In this document: positions 54,886-64,000 of the stretch, piece by piece
Layout: each line of letters begins with the position of its first letter
Numbering within the stretch: position 1 is the first letter of the stretch
Source of the DNA: a virus
Length of the DNA stretch: 64,000 bases
Reading direction: 5' to 3' (one strand)
IMG/VR virus record: IMGVR_UViG_3300044981_000204
Span: 1 to 64,000 of that record
Position numbers and translations under genes: made by a program
The notes under the pieces: generated by a model
The model's database searches: none
What the model was told of the DNA's origin: nothing
Seen by the model: the letters and a program-made list of their open reading frames with translations, nothing else

Positions 54886-56816
54886 TGCGGCATATTGGGC
54901 TATTAACTTTCCTGGTTCCTTGTTCATTGCTTTCGCAGCCAATAGATTGGGTTACCGACATAAAAAACAAGCCCCTGTCTCCCTTGTCCGTTTCTTCGAC
55001 CTATTCGGCCACGGTCGCGAACTTCCAACAGTGCCGCACCATCGTGGTCCCGAGCGGCACATTTCCCATCACCTTGGTTCCTGCGGGATCTCAGCCTGCC
55101 AGGGCACAGTGCCTCGACGTCATCAACTTTGGGTCTGGCATAGTGACCGTGCAGAGGAACGGGCAGAGCATCAACGGGGGAGTGGCCCCAGTCCCTATTC
55201 CTGCCGGTTCGGCCGCTTCGCCGGCCTATGCCCACATAGTGTCAGATGGAGCAAACTACTTCATGGGCGTGTCTAGCACCGCGCTACCTGTCCCATTAAC
55301 TTTAAGCCGCAACGCGGGGTCTCCCAGCATTCCCGCTGGGGTAACCGCCAACGGCAACCTCTTCCTGCTAGGAGCAGATAACTCTTCTCCCGGGAGTGGC
55401 GTGTTTTCCTACGGAACAGGATTCGGGAGTACGCAGTTCTTTAGGGCGCGAGGAACGGGAGTTTCTCCATCGGCTGTGCAGGTGTTGGACGTGCTGGGCG
55501 GCGTGAGCGCCTCAGCATACGGCGCCACGGGGTTCAACGCAACGCCGGCAGGTTGCTACTTCGTACTAGTGGAAAATCCTCAGGCCACTGACACCGCGTC
55601 TGGAACGAGGTTCGATTGCTGGGTCATCAAGGACGGAACTACGACCCCACTGAATAGTCTCACGCTGGAGCACGACGGCAGCATCAAGATGGTGTCCATG
55701 TCGTCGCCCGGTACGCCTCCCGCTGGCTTCGCTAGGCAGTACGTGGACGCCACTAGTAAGAACGCGGCCGTCAAGAACGATGCTGGTACGATCAACCACA
55801 TGGTCCAGACTCAGTCGTGCCCGGGGGGCCAGGCTGCGGTCGGGATAAACGACGATGGGACCGTTTCATGCGCTGCGTTCTCGGGAGGTGGAGGCGCGGC
55901 GAGCGCCCTAACCGACTTTTCCATAGCTCGCACGTCATCCTCACTGGTCACTCTCACAACACCAACAGGTGGCAGCAACGTGTCGTTTGGGCCGGTCGTA
56001 AGGACCTTTGCCTCTGGTACTGCTACGATCTCGCTGGGTGCGGGATCCTGCGCTGCATCCGGCCTGATGTGGCTCGGGGCGAAATCGGACGGATCGCTCC
56101 AACTGGATGCCAACAGCAGCGTCACGTTCTCCAACGTCACTGTCTCAGGCATCACGAAGGTGTCTAACTCCGCGACCACAAACCCCCCCGACCTAAAAGC
56201 GCTGTACAAGATCGCGTGCGGCAACAACGCCGTGCCAACCGCGGCCGACCACTTCGACGTTGCCCCATTCACTGATTTTAGGGCCTTCCTCAGCATGCGC
56301 AACATTGGCGGGGGAACCTACGTGATCGCGACCGAGGACGCCTTGGGTAAGGTGACCGTGGACCTAGACCCCACCAAGGCCACCAACCTCATCACCCAAA
56401 CTTGCGTCATCCGCTTTGGTAAGGACAACGGGTCGGCGCTCGTGACGGGGGACATCCAACCCCAGAAGTCCGACTGTCAAGCCGCTGTTCCGTCCACGGT
56501 GAACGTCATCATAGTTAAGGCGAATGCGGGAGCTTCAACGGTCCAACTGGGATATAGGCACTCGACGGGCGGCTCCCCTTCTACTACTAGCTATACTTCT
56601 GCTGTGATGACGCCGACCACGGTCACCAACGTAACAGACAAGGTTGTGTGCGCAAATGCGGGCGGCACCTCGATCACGATCGACGGAGTGTCGGTCACGT
56701 GCGGCACCCTCGCTACGCAGGTTTGGAACGCTGGGGACTCCATAGAGACGGTCGGTGGTGCGGCGGACGCCACTACCGCAAGGCTCGTCATCTTTGTCCA
56801 GTATTCGGTGAACTAG
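54882..56816 (+). CDS. Fibre-like protein with predicted signal peptide
   Basis: MMRHIGLLTFLVPCSLLS-QP; RARGT--SP-AVQ--D-LG fibre motif; CPGGQ---GI--DGTV-C. Confidence 0.72.
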   Translation: MMRHIGLLTFLVPCSLLSQPIDWVTDIKNKPLSPLSVSSTYSATVANFQQCRTIVVPSGTFPITLVPAGSQPARAQCLDVINFGSGIVTVQRNGQSINGGVAPVPIPAGSAASPAYAHIVSDGANYFMGVSSTALPVPLTLSRNAGSPSIPAGVTANGNLFLLGADNSSPGSGVFSYGTGFGSTQFFRARGTGVSPSAVQVLDVLGGVSASAYGATGFNATPAGCYFVLVENPQATDTASGTRFDCWVIKDGTTTPLNSLTLEHDGSIKMVSMSSPGTPPAGFARQYVDATSKNAAVKNDAGTINHMVQTQSCPGGQAAVGINDDGTVSCAAFSGGGGAASALTDFSIARTSSSLVTLTTPTGGSNVSFGPVVRTFASGTATISLGAGSCAASGLMWLGAKSDGSLQLDANSSVTFSNVTVSGITKVSNSATTNPPDLKALYKIACGNNAVPTAADHFDVAPFTDFRAFLSMRNIGGGTYVIATEDALGKVTVDLDPTKATNLITQTCVIRFGKDNGSALVTGDIQPQKSDCQAAVPSTVNVIIVKANAGASTVQLGYRHSTGGSPSTTSYTSAVMTPTTVTNVTDKVVCANAGGTSITIDGVSVTCGTLATQVWNAGDSIETVGGAADATTARLVIFVQYSVN

Positions 56817-59800
56817 GTGCACAAACTAATCCTTCTTATTGCTGTGACTGGGCCCCTTTGGGCGACTAGTCCTCGAAACGTACGCGGCAGTGCCACAGCT
56901 CAGCAGTATGTTCTGGACTTCGACGTGGCTGTACCAACAGATGTGCTCACTTGCACTGTGGCGGTCTACGTAGATTCTGCAAGATCTACCATGATTGTTG
57001 ATTCCAACGCGGCCGTAGAGACCAACGCGCAGAAGTGCAACAGGGGGCTTTTGAGGTCCGATCTTTCGTCAATAGTCAGCGGCACGCACGTGCAGTTCAT
57101 AGTCGGTCGACGGGCGACGATGAAGAGCCAAGCAACAAACCTCCTAGCCTCGCTGTCGCTCTCACCCTCAACCCATTACTATGGCACGATTACGTCCGGA
57201 GGTGGTTCGGTGAACTTCGAGTTCGTCACGCTCAACATAGCGACGGGGCACAACTTCCCAGAGCAACCGCTATATGACTCGACGAACACCAACGTCCACG
57301 GTCTCCAATACCCTAACATGGTGGGTGGAGGACTTGTCACTGACCCTGTGACGGGACTGCAGGTTGCAATGGTTCCTAGCGCTCGCAACGACATGGCCAA
57401 CTCGGGGCCCGTCGCCCTGGGTACCACGGCGATAGACGTCACGGGGGGCAAGTGGACCAACGTACAGAACTGCGGCACAAACAACTCCTCAACCTGCTCA
57501 TCCACCGGGGCTGGTGCCACGGACTACTTGTTCGTGCCGCTTCCGAACATAGCCAATTATTCGGGGTGGAACCCTCAATATGTGGTGCAGGACATAGTCT
57601 TCTACATCTACTGCTCATCGCCCACAACTCAGCAGACTCTTAGGGTTTGGCTCACTCGCGACAGCAGTCAAACGGCAGATAGTGGCAATTTTTTCTCCGC
57701 CACGTGCCCCGTAGGATCTACGTCAACGACGACGATGTCCGACACAACCAACGGTTACCCACACCCGTGGTTCAGTCAGTGGGCTCCGTCGACTAAGTGG
57801 ATAAAGCCAGAGGTCGTTCCCGGGGCGGGGTCAGTCACTACGTCCAGCACCGCAGTAACGCGCGTGTCGGGAGATCCATTCATCACGTCGGTGCCGTCCG
57901 GCTCCAAGATCCTGATAAATGGCTCTTACTACACCATCTCTAGTTTTACCGATAGCTCTCACCTAACCCTGACAGGGTCAGCTGGCACGCAGTCGTCGCC
58001 TGTGGCATACCGCATGGCGGCCTCGGGGCTTCGCATCGCCAACGTGACTGGGACAGACAACGTCACCCTTAGCATCGGCTACAACGCCGCTACCACCACT
58101 CAGCCTGGCTACAGCACGTACAACGCGGACAAGCCAACCTGCAACCTTAATAGCACTTCGATCACCCACGACGCGTCAGGAGCCCCGATACCTGCTACCC
58201 CCGGGTACCTATGCTCGGACCTCGAAGGTTCCGTGTACCTGTACGTGCCGCAGAACGCAGACGGAACGGCGCGCCTCGAGATGCGGCCCCTCTCGCGCCT
58301 GACGTTCACGCCCGGGAGCCACGTCGATATGAATGGCGACGGAGCAAACCCGTTTGGGAACGGCACCAACGTGCTGTTTGGCGGGTGGGATTCGACCGAC
58401 CCCCTAACGCTGTACGGTTGGGTAGCTTACTACGGAGGTCGGCCAATAGTGAGGGCCCACTACGACACTACGATCAGTTCGGACTGCGCGAACTTCAAGG
58501 CTTATTCCAGTGGTCCTGCCAACGGATTCTCCGTCGGGTTGATCAACCCAGACTGCTTCTTGTACACGGTCATTACGCCAGCTCTTTCCATCCCTAGCAA
58601 GGCCGGCCGCTCCCAGGTGATAGCCGCCTATCCCACCGGCATCAACCAGTTGGGCCAGCAGGTTGGTGCCGCCCACCCGATCATGGGGGACGTTGGTTGG
58701 TTCCTCTACTTCGGCGACGGGTCGGGACTTGGCGTGGTTGGTTCCGCGGGGTGCATGCCGATGTTTTCGGAGACCGAGGGATTCAGCCTCAACGCGTGCT
58801 TCGACCTCAACACAGGGGTGCTCAAATCCTTGGTAGATAGCTTCAGCACGTGGCCGGCGATCGGCGGGGGTTCGCACGGGTGGAACGCACTAGCGGTCGG
58901 GGGGCTCACTTGGACCGAGGGAGGAGACCCTCCGGTGTTCGACGGATACAACCCCCTCATCCCGTTCAATCGACCCTTTCAAGCTGCCGTCTCACAGGTG
59001 AACCTAGCCGGCTTCGGCAGCCCCCCGAGCTGGACGTCCACCACCACGCTCCCATCCACCACTCAGCTAACATGCCCCCCGTTCACCGACCCAAAGGTCG
59101 CCACCTACTTTGGTGCGTACTCCGGCACCAACAACTGCGTACAGGTCCGCCTCAGCAGTCCCCTGTGCTCCCACGTTCCAGCGCCTAATGCTTCAGGTGG
59201 GGGGTATGACTTCGCGGGCGGAAAGTCAGAATCGCAAGCTTACCCGTGCAGCACTCCCGGGTTCGGGGTGTCCTCCTCGTCCCCTGACGCTACTGGGTGG
59301 TCCAAGTTGTGGGACATCTTCCCAGGCATGTGGCTTTGGGACATGGTTGGGACTCCCACCACCGGCGATAAGTATGGTGAAAACTTCGTCGTGGCAGCGG
59401 CGCCAACGTATAACGCAGCTAACAGCATCGACGTGTGGCTTCTGCGGTCGGTGAAGGCGAAGTACATGGTGCCTCGCAACGGGCCCACTCAGACTGATCC
59501 AGTCTGCGACGACTCGGGCGCGTCCTACGCCAACCACGCCAACGGTTGGACCCTGTCAGTCTTTCCGCCGTTCGCCTGCGGCTTCGTGGGTTACTGGTAC
59601 GACGTAAACGATCCAACAGCTCAGATGTTCTGGGGAAATACCCAAACTGGGCACGGGGTCATAGGCAATGGGTCCGTAGCCAACACGTTCACGGCCATAA
59701 GCTATGGCAATAACGGGTACTACTACGAGGTCCCGAACCAACCAGCGGGGGCGGACCCGAACGGGTTCATCAACGCCATCCCTGGCACGTTCATACCTAC

Positions 59801-60902
59801 GGTGGTGAAGTTTTCTAACTACTCGGGAACGTTCAATGGGTCGAGCATAGGCGGCACACAGTCCTATGGCAACATGACCTCGGCCACCACAGTGGCGGGG
59901 CCAAACGACAGGAAGTTCATCGACAATCGCGCGATCAACCCGACCCTAGGCATACTTGCTGAGGTTACTTCGGCTTCGGGTTGCTTCACCCCCCCGGGAG
60001 CGGCGGCACTACCAGCACCGCTTGCCGGAACGTCTCAGACGTACCTCTTGGCCGACGCCACGTCGACGGTGGCCCCCACCGACCCGCACAAGAGCACATT
60101 GACGGGTTGGGCTGGGTCGCACTACCTCAAGGACTACTCCAGCCCGGCGACGGGAAACGTTTTTGGCGACGCTCAGTCGTTCGGTTACTGCTTAGCTTGG
60201 CAGGCGGGGGAGTGTAGGTCCGGTTCGTCTGCTGGCAGCGCATATGTCAGCGTGCCCCTAGCCGAGAGTCCGAACTCGTGCATGCAGTCGGACCAAAACT
60301 CGATGGCGGTGCCGGGGTTGTTCAACCTTGCGTCGATCGCCGGACAAACCCTTCAAGCTGACCCGTATGCGTTCGACCCAAACCAGTTATTTGCTAGGAA
60401 GCTCGGGTTCGGGCTCAGGGCTCCCGGGATGCAGTACTCGTATCAGCACACGTGGGGCATGCCCGATGGCAAGGCCATAATGGGGAGGGTGGACTGGGCC
60501 GATGGCGTGGTGTCGGGACTATATTTGGCCGGAATACCTTCGTGGCCGAACCCGAGCAGTTCTACCTCTGGAGACTACCAAAAATATGAGATCTCCCTAG
60601 GACCTGGTCCGTCGGGATCTAACGCTAGAGCCTTGTTGGGGTACGACGAGGATGGTTCGACGCCCTCTGCTCTGTACTGCGCGTCGAGGAAGGATGCTTG
60701 CTCAACTGAGGCGACAGGATCCAACCCCTTCGCCTTCATTGGTACGTCGGGGGAAAGAACACTCGAGGCGTGCGCCGGAGGGTGCACGCTCACCGTGCCC
60801 ATCATACCGGGTAGGGTGGCATACTATCAGGTCCAGAGACTGGATGCCTCCGGGGTTTTGGTACTTTCCTCGGGCCCCATCACGGCCGTTGCCGCGCCGT
60901 AG
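56817..60902 (+). CDS. Large secreted Cys-rich beta protein (1361 aa)
   Basis: Signal peptide MHKLILLIAVTGPLWA; many Cys; Ser/Thr/Gly/Pro-rich. Confidence 0.72.
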   Translation: MHKLILLIAVTGPLWATSPRNVRGSATAQQYVLDFDVAVPTDVLTCTVAVYVDSARSTMIVDSNAAVETNAQKCNRGLLRSDLSSIVSGTHVQFIVGRRATMKSQATNLLASLSLSPSTHYYGTITSGGGSVNFEFVTLNIATGHNFPEQPLYDSTNTNVHGLQYPNMVGGGLVTDPVTGLQVAMVPSARNDMANSGPVALGTTAIDVTGGKWTNVQNCGTNNSSTCSSTGAGATDYLFVPLPNIANYSGWNPQYVVQDIVFYIYCSSPTTQQTLRVWLTRDSSQTADSGNFFSATCPVGSTSTTTMSDTTNGYPHPWFSQWAPSTKWIKPEVVPGAGSVTTSSTAVTRVSGDPFITSVPSGSKILINGSYYTISSFTDSSHLTLTGSAGTQSSPVAYRMAASGLRIANVTGTDNVTLSIGYNAATTTQPGYSTYNADKPTCNLNSTSITHDASGAPIPATPGYLCSDLEGSVYLYVPQNADGTARLEMRPLSRLTFTPGSHVDMNGDGANPFGNGTNVLFGGWDSTDPLTLYGWVAYYGGRPIVRAHYDTTISSDCANFKAYSSGPANGFSVGLINPDCFLYTVITPALSIPSKAGRSQVIAAYPTGINQLGQQVGAAHPIMGDVGWFLYFGDGSGLGVVGSAGCMPMFSETEGFSLNACFDLNTGVLKSLVDSFSTWPAIGGGSHGWNALAVGGLTWTEGGDPPVFDGYNPLIPFNRPFQAAVSQVNLAGFGSPPSWTSTTTLPSTTQLTCPPFTDPKVATYFGAYSGTNNCVQVRLSSPLCSHVPAPNASGGGYDFAGGKSESQAYPCSTPGFGVSSSSPDATGWSKLWDIFPGMWLWDMVGTPTTGDKYGENFVVAAAPTYNAANSIDVWLLRSVKAKYMVPRNGPTQTDPVCDDSGASYANHANGWTLSVFPPFACGFVGYWYDVNDPTAQMFWGNTQTGHGVIGNGSVANTFTAISYGNNGYYYEVPNQPAGADPNGFINAIPGTFIPTVVKFSNYSGTFNGSSIGGTQSYGNMTSATTVAGPNDRKFIDNRAINPTLGILAEVTSASGCFTPPGAAALPAPLAGTSQTYLLADATSTVAPTDPHKSTLTGWAGSHYLKDYSSPATGNVFGDAQSFGYCLAWQAGECRSGSSAGSAYVSVPLAESPNSCMQSDQNSMAVPGLFNLASIAGQTLQADPYAFDPNQLFARKLGFGLRAPGMQYSYQHTWGMPDGKAIMGRVDWADGVVSGLYLAGIPSWPNPSSSTSGDYQKYEISLGPGPSGSNARALLGYDEDGSTPSALYCASRKDACSTEATGSNPFAFIGTSGERTLEACAGGCTLTVPIIPGRVAYYQVQRLDASGVLVLSSGPITAVAAP

Positions 60903-60983
60903 TTTGCCGTATGTTGCCGCGCGCCCCAATGGCCCGTTCACTTCCCACAAACTTTGCGCTATAATGGTGCTGGAGGAACCTAA

Positions 60984-61799
60984 GTGTCGACCCAATCTCC
61001 AACGCTAAGTACAAAAGACCCGCAACTACTCAACAAGGTGTTGGCGCTGTACCCAGCGCCGCAGCTCCCAGACCTATCGCAGACCATCAAGGTCTCAAAC
61101 CCCAAGGAGGGAGGCGAACTAACCCCCGAGATGTCCCAGTTCGTGGACTCAAACGGGCCTGGTTCTGCCATATTCAACCAGAACTTCAACCAGGCTGTGG
61201 AGTACGAGATGCGGGTCCCCAACTCACAAGCTTACGACGACTTCAACAATAGGCTGCACCAGTGGTGGTCGTCCTTGAACACCGACCACTCGCAGTTCTT
61301 CCCGAATCCCCCGCGGTACAAGGTGCTTGATCCCGCCCAGTACGTGCAGTGGTGGTCGCTGCTGCTCAGCAACATCACGCAGAACTTCATGGGGGCCGGG
61401 ATACCCGACGTGAATCCGCCGCACTTCTACCTAGTCGATGCTCCCACGCCTGTTGTTCCCACTATTTCCGATTCTCCTGCTGTTCCAGCCGCCTCGGCGT
61501 CATCGCCGGTAGGAAATTACATCGGCTCCGGACTCTGGGCGGCCACGGACATGGCCCGCCTATTTCCCGACGGCGAGCCGTGGCCGGCCCCTGACCAGAA
61601 CTCACCCACTGGCTGGTTGAAGCTAGTCTCGTACGTGTCGCCGTTTACCTTAGCCGTCGGCGTCCAGTACTGGGAGGTGGGGCCCGCGCCAGCATCAGCG
61701 ACCACGGCCGCTAGCCTACAGGCGGCGCTGCAGAACGTGTTGAATACCGCGCCAAAATCGGCTCCGGACGCCGTCAAGTCGGCTTTGACGACCACTTAG
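60984..61799 (+). CDS. Hypothetical Pro/Trp-rich protein
   Basis: 271 aa; TATAAT and GGAGG upstream. Confidence 0.7.
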   Translation: MSTQSPTLSTKDPQLLNKVLALYPAPQLPDLSQTIKVSNPKEGGELTPEMSQFVDSNGPGSAIFNQNFNQAVEYEMRVPNSQAYDDFNNRLHQWWSSLNTDHSQFFPNPPRYKVLDPAQYVQWWSLLLSNITQNFMGAGIPDVNPPHFYLVDAPTPVVPTISDSPAVPAASASSPVGNYIGSGLWAATDMARLFPDGEPWPAPDQNSPTGWLKLVSYVSPFTLAVGVQYWEVGPAPASATTAASLQAALQNVLNTAPKSAPDAVKSALTTT

Positions 61800-61819
61800 T
61801 CGGCGCAGAGGAATCCTGC

Positions 61820-62497
61820 ATGATTAGGCCAATGATCTTGTTGCTTGCGCCGTTGGCCCTAGCGGTGTCGCAGCCCACGGTGCAGCCCGGTGGCGTTCGC
61901 CATGTGACCGTCTCATTCAGCGCCCAGGGGGCGTTGGGGTCCTCCCTCACCGGGTTGAGCTTCACGGGCTATAGTGCCACGGTGTGCAGTGCAGATGGCC
62001 AGGGCATCGACGTGGGCGGTGGGAGGGTTTGGCAGGCGGCTGAGTCCTTGGGGTTGAGGCTCGTCACGCCCCACGTTGCCTCTCTAGCCGCAACACAAGC
62101 TAAGGCCAGATCAAAGTGGCAGATAATGGCCGTGTTGGGTGCTGAGCTGATGTTCGACATGGCCGTAGTAGCTGGCGCAGACATCGTTCACGTGAACCCT
62201 GCTAAGGTCGTTGGCAAGGTTTGGCGAATCACCCCAATCATCCTCAATAAGAAGCTGGGGGATTGGAACGCTCAGCAGGCCCTGGTCCACCCGGACCTGG
62301 TCTCATCCTTCGGAGACCTTGCCCTGTACCCGGACCACATCATCAGCGTGTCGTCCGGCGGAAACTGCCCACAGAGGCTGTTCCTCGCATCTTCGGGAGG
62401 ACCGGATGGTGGCTCGGTGGATCTGCAGATAGCTGTGCTGCCACCAGCAGTGGTGTTCGCCCCCACCCCACAAGCTGCTCCCGTTCTCGGGAAATAG
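61820..62497 (+). CDS. Hypothetical secreted protein
   Basis: MIRPMILLLAPLALA signal peptide; GAGGA SD. Confidence 0.65.
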   Translation: MIRPMILLLAPLALAVSQPTVQPGGVRHVTVSFSAQGALGSSLTGLSFTGYSATVCSADGQGIDVGGGRVWQAAESLGLRLVTPHVASLAATQAKARSKWQIMAVLGAELMFDMAVVAGADIVHVNPAKVVGKVWRITPIILNKKLGDWNAQQALVHPDLVSSFGDLALYPDHIISVSSGGNCPQRLFLASSGGPDGGSVDLQIAVLPPAVVFAPTPQAAPVLGK

Positions 62498-62621
62498 TTC
62501 GCCGAGATTTCTCAACAAAAATTGACATAGTATATATCAATTTCAATTGGTTGGTTTCGGAAGGATATTCCTCTCATTCGGAGGGAATGGCCCAAGTTGA
62601 CGTCCCTTGTCACCCGGCCCG

Positions 62622-64000
62622 TCAATTTTGGGTGCCCTGGGCCGACACCCCCAGCAACCACTGCCAGTTAGAAGCCACCACATCGTCGGACAGCTTCTTC
62701 TTTGCCTTGAGCACCCGGATTATCTTATCATCGACTGTGCCCCGGCAGCGTAGGTCGACGTAGACGACCGACTTAGTTTGCCCGATTCGGTGCGACCGAT
62801 CCTCGCTCTGAGACCTGTGCTCTAGGTTGTAGCTATTAGAGTAGTACACCACTAGCTCTGGCTCGATCCACGTGTTTCCGAATTTTCCGGTGTCGGGGTT
62901 GGCGACTATCCACCGCACTGGTGAGCTAGGATCTTGGATGTTTCGCGTGGCCTCGCGCCTCTCGTCCTTGGTGGTCTCGCCGTAGTAGTGGGAGACCGAA
63001 TCTGCCCCAAATTTTTCTGATATTGCTGCAACTATCTGCCTGATGTTGTACCTGTAGGTCGCCCATATGATGGCCTTTCCACGGCATTGTGTGAGCAGTT
63101 CCATCAGTTGCTCCATCCGGTCGTTCGGTTCCCCGAACGGCACCTCGTCCATGTGGTCCGGCTTTATGAAGCCGCAGCTAATTTGATGGAGCCTCAGCAA
63201 CTGCGTCATGACCATGTTGGCGGTCACGTTCTGGGACTCGCTCAGCTGGATGAAGGCGTCCTCGCGCATCCTGCAGTAGGCTTCAGCCTGACGTGGGCCC
63301 ATCTCGACGTCGATGCTCTGGTAGATCTTTGGGGGGAGGTCGAGGCAGTCCTCCTTCTTTACGATGAATGAGAACTGACCCATAAGCCGCTTCAATGTGT
63401 CGAGGTCGCGATACCCGACGACGTGCTTGAATGATCGATTGCCGAACTTTTGGTCTTGCATCACCGCGAAGCGGTTGCGGAACGAGAAGTAGTTTCCGTA
63501 CCCCAGTATGTTGTGCCTGAGGAACTCGGCCTGACTATATAGGTCGAGCGGGCCATTTGGCATCGGGTTGCCGGAGCACACTCGACGGTACTCAGCATAC
63601 TTTCCCACGTTCGTGAGGATCTTAGTGCGCTTGGCGCTGGGGTTCTTGATGGTCGTCGACTCATCCACCGTGAGCATGCATGGGTACCGCTTCATGAAGG
63701 CCACGACCTCGTCCACGGCCCTCTCGCTGTTCATGGCCTCGACGTTGACGACGAGGGTCCTGAGGAAGTCGCCCTCCTCGTGGAGGTTCTTTAGGGATTT
63801 CTGCTCCTCCTTGTTGGCGTACGAGGACCAGTACGCCACCTTGGTTGGCACGGCCTCGGAGGTGTGGGCGGGAATCTGTTCTTCGGGCCAGCATAGGTAC
63901 ATACCCTTCGGGGCAACAACCACGCTCCCCCTGATCTTCCTGTTTAGGTAGAGGTGGCCAGCCGTGTCGATGACGACCTTCGACTTCCCCGTCCCCTGGT
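62622..64000 (-). CDS. SNF2-family (DExx-box) helicase/ATPase, 5' end outside window
   Basis: Frame is open to the window edge: QGTGKS (Walker A), DESTTIKN, SGNP, LDLPPK, QSEDRSHRIGQ. Confidence 0.92.
   Translation of the reverse strand, partial: QGTGKSKVVIDTAGHLYLNRKIRGSVVVAPKGMYLCWPEEQIPAHTSEAVPTKVAYWSSYANKEEQKSLKNLHEEGDFLRTLVVNVEAMNSERAVDEVVAFMKRYPCMLTVDESTTIKNPSAKRTKILTNVGKYAEYRRVCSGNPMPNGPLDLYSQAEFLRHNILGYGNYFSFRNRFAVMQDQKFGNRSFKHVVGYRDLDTLKRLMGQFSFIVKKEDCLDLPPKIYQSIDVEMGPRQAEAYCRMREDAFIQLSESQNVTANMVMTQLLRLHQISCGFIKPDHMDEVPFGEPNDRMEQLMELLTQCRGKAIIWATYRYNIRQIVAAISEKFGADSVSHYYGETTKDERREATRNIQDPSSPVRWIVANPDTGKFGNTWIEPELVVYYSNSYNLEHRSQSEDRSHRIGQTKSVVYVDLRCRGTVDDKIIRVLKAKKKLSDDVVASNWQWLLGVSAQGTQN

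Larger units (their letters stand above)
1..64000. mobile_element. Tailed dsDNA bacteriophage genome segment (siphovirus-like); no host genes or integration boundary visible
   Basis: Terminase, portal, scaffold, capsid, tail tube, frameshifted chaperone, tape measure and tail tip occur in canonical order, plus an endolysin and a helicase. No tail sheath gene was recognised. Confidence 0.96.

Noticed and set aside
63900-64000. Possible frameshift at the helicase 5' end
   Set aside because: Manual translation shows QGTGKS in frame with the ORF; the gene simply runs off the window.
1-64000. tRNA, rRNA, integrase or att sites
   Set aside because: None recognised by eye; a tRNAscan or Infernal run would be needed to exclude small RNAs.

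Overview
The whole window is part of a tailed dsDNA phage genome with a siphovirus-type gene order. The host is probably an Acidobacteriota bacterium, inferred from recalled similarity of the capsid gene and its neighbour and not checked by search. Layout: leftward small early genes with a repeated leader motif (1-4.0 kb); an AT-rich divergent gap (4.0-4.7 kb); small rightward genes and a lysis block with a lipase, GH25 endolysin and holin-like genes (4.7-12 kb); large signal-peptide-bearing fibre and beta-helix proteins (12.6-20.1 kb); packaging and head genes (terS, terL, PurD-like ATP-grasp, portal, scaffold, capsid); tail genes (tube, frameshifted chaperone, tape measure, Dit-like, tail tip, fibres); a second block of secreted proteins (54.9-62.5 kb); and a partial SNF2-like helicase. 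The main finding is at terL. A free-standing LAGLIDADG endonuclease sits between a dead copy and a recoded copy of the terL 5' end. The recoded terL carries a 6-nt, stop-containing insert in its Walker A motif (CCG-TGA-TCG-CGT, MPP*SRHGKS), and a 6-nt ribosomal hop would restore MPPRHGKS exactly. This is a candidate minimal homing endonuclease plus translational bypass cassette. Also notable are a DEDDh exonuclease domain with all catalytic motifs inside the tape measure protein, seven predicted Sec-exported proteins, and a leaderless promoter architecture with a fixed-position GGCAACTT motif. All calls come from reading the sequence by eye; no searches were run.
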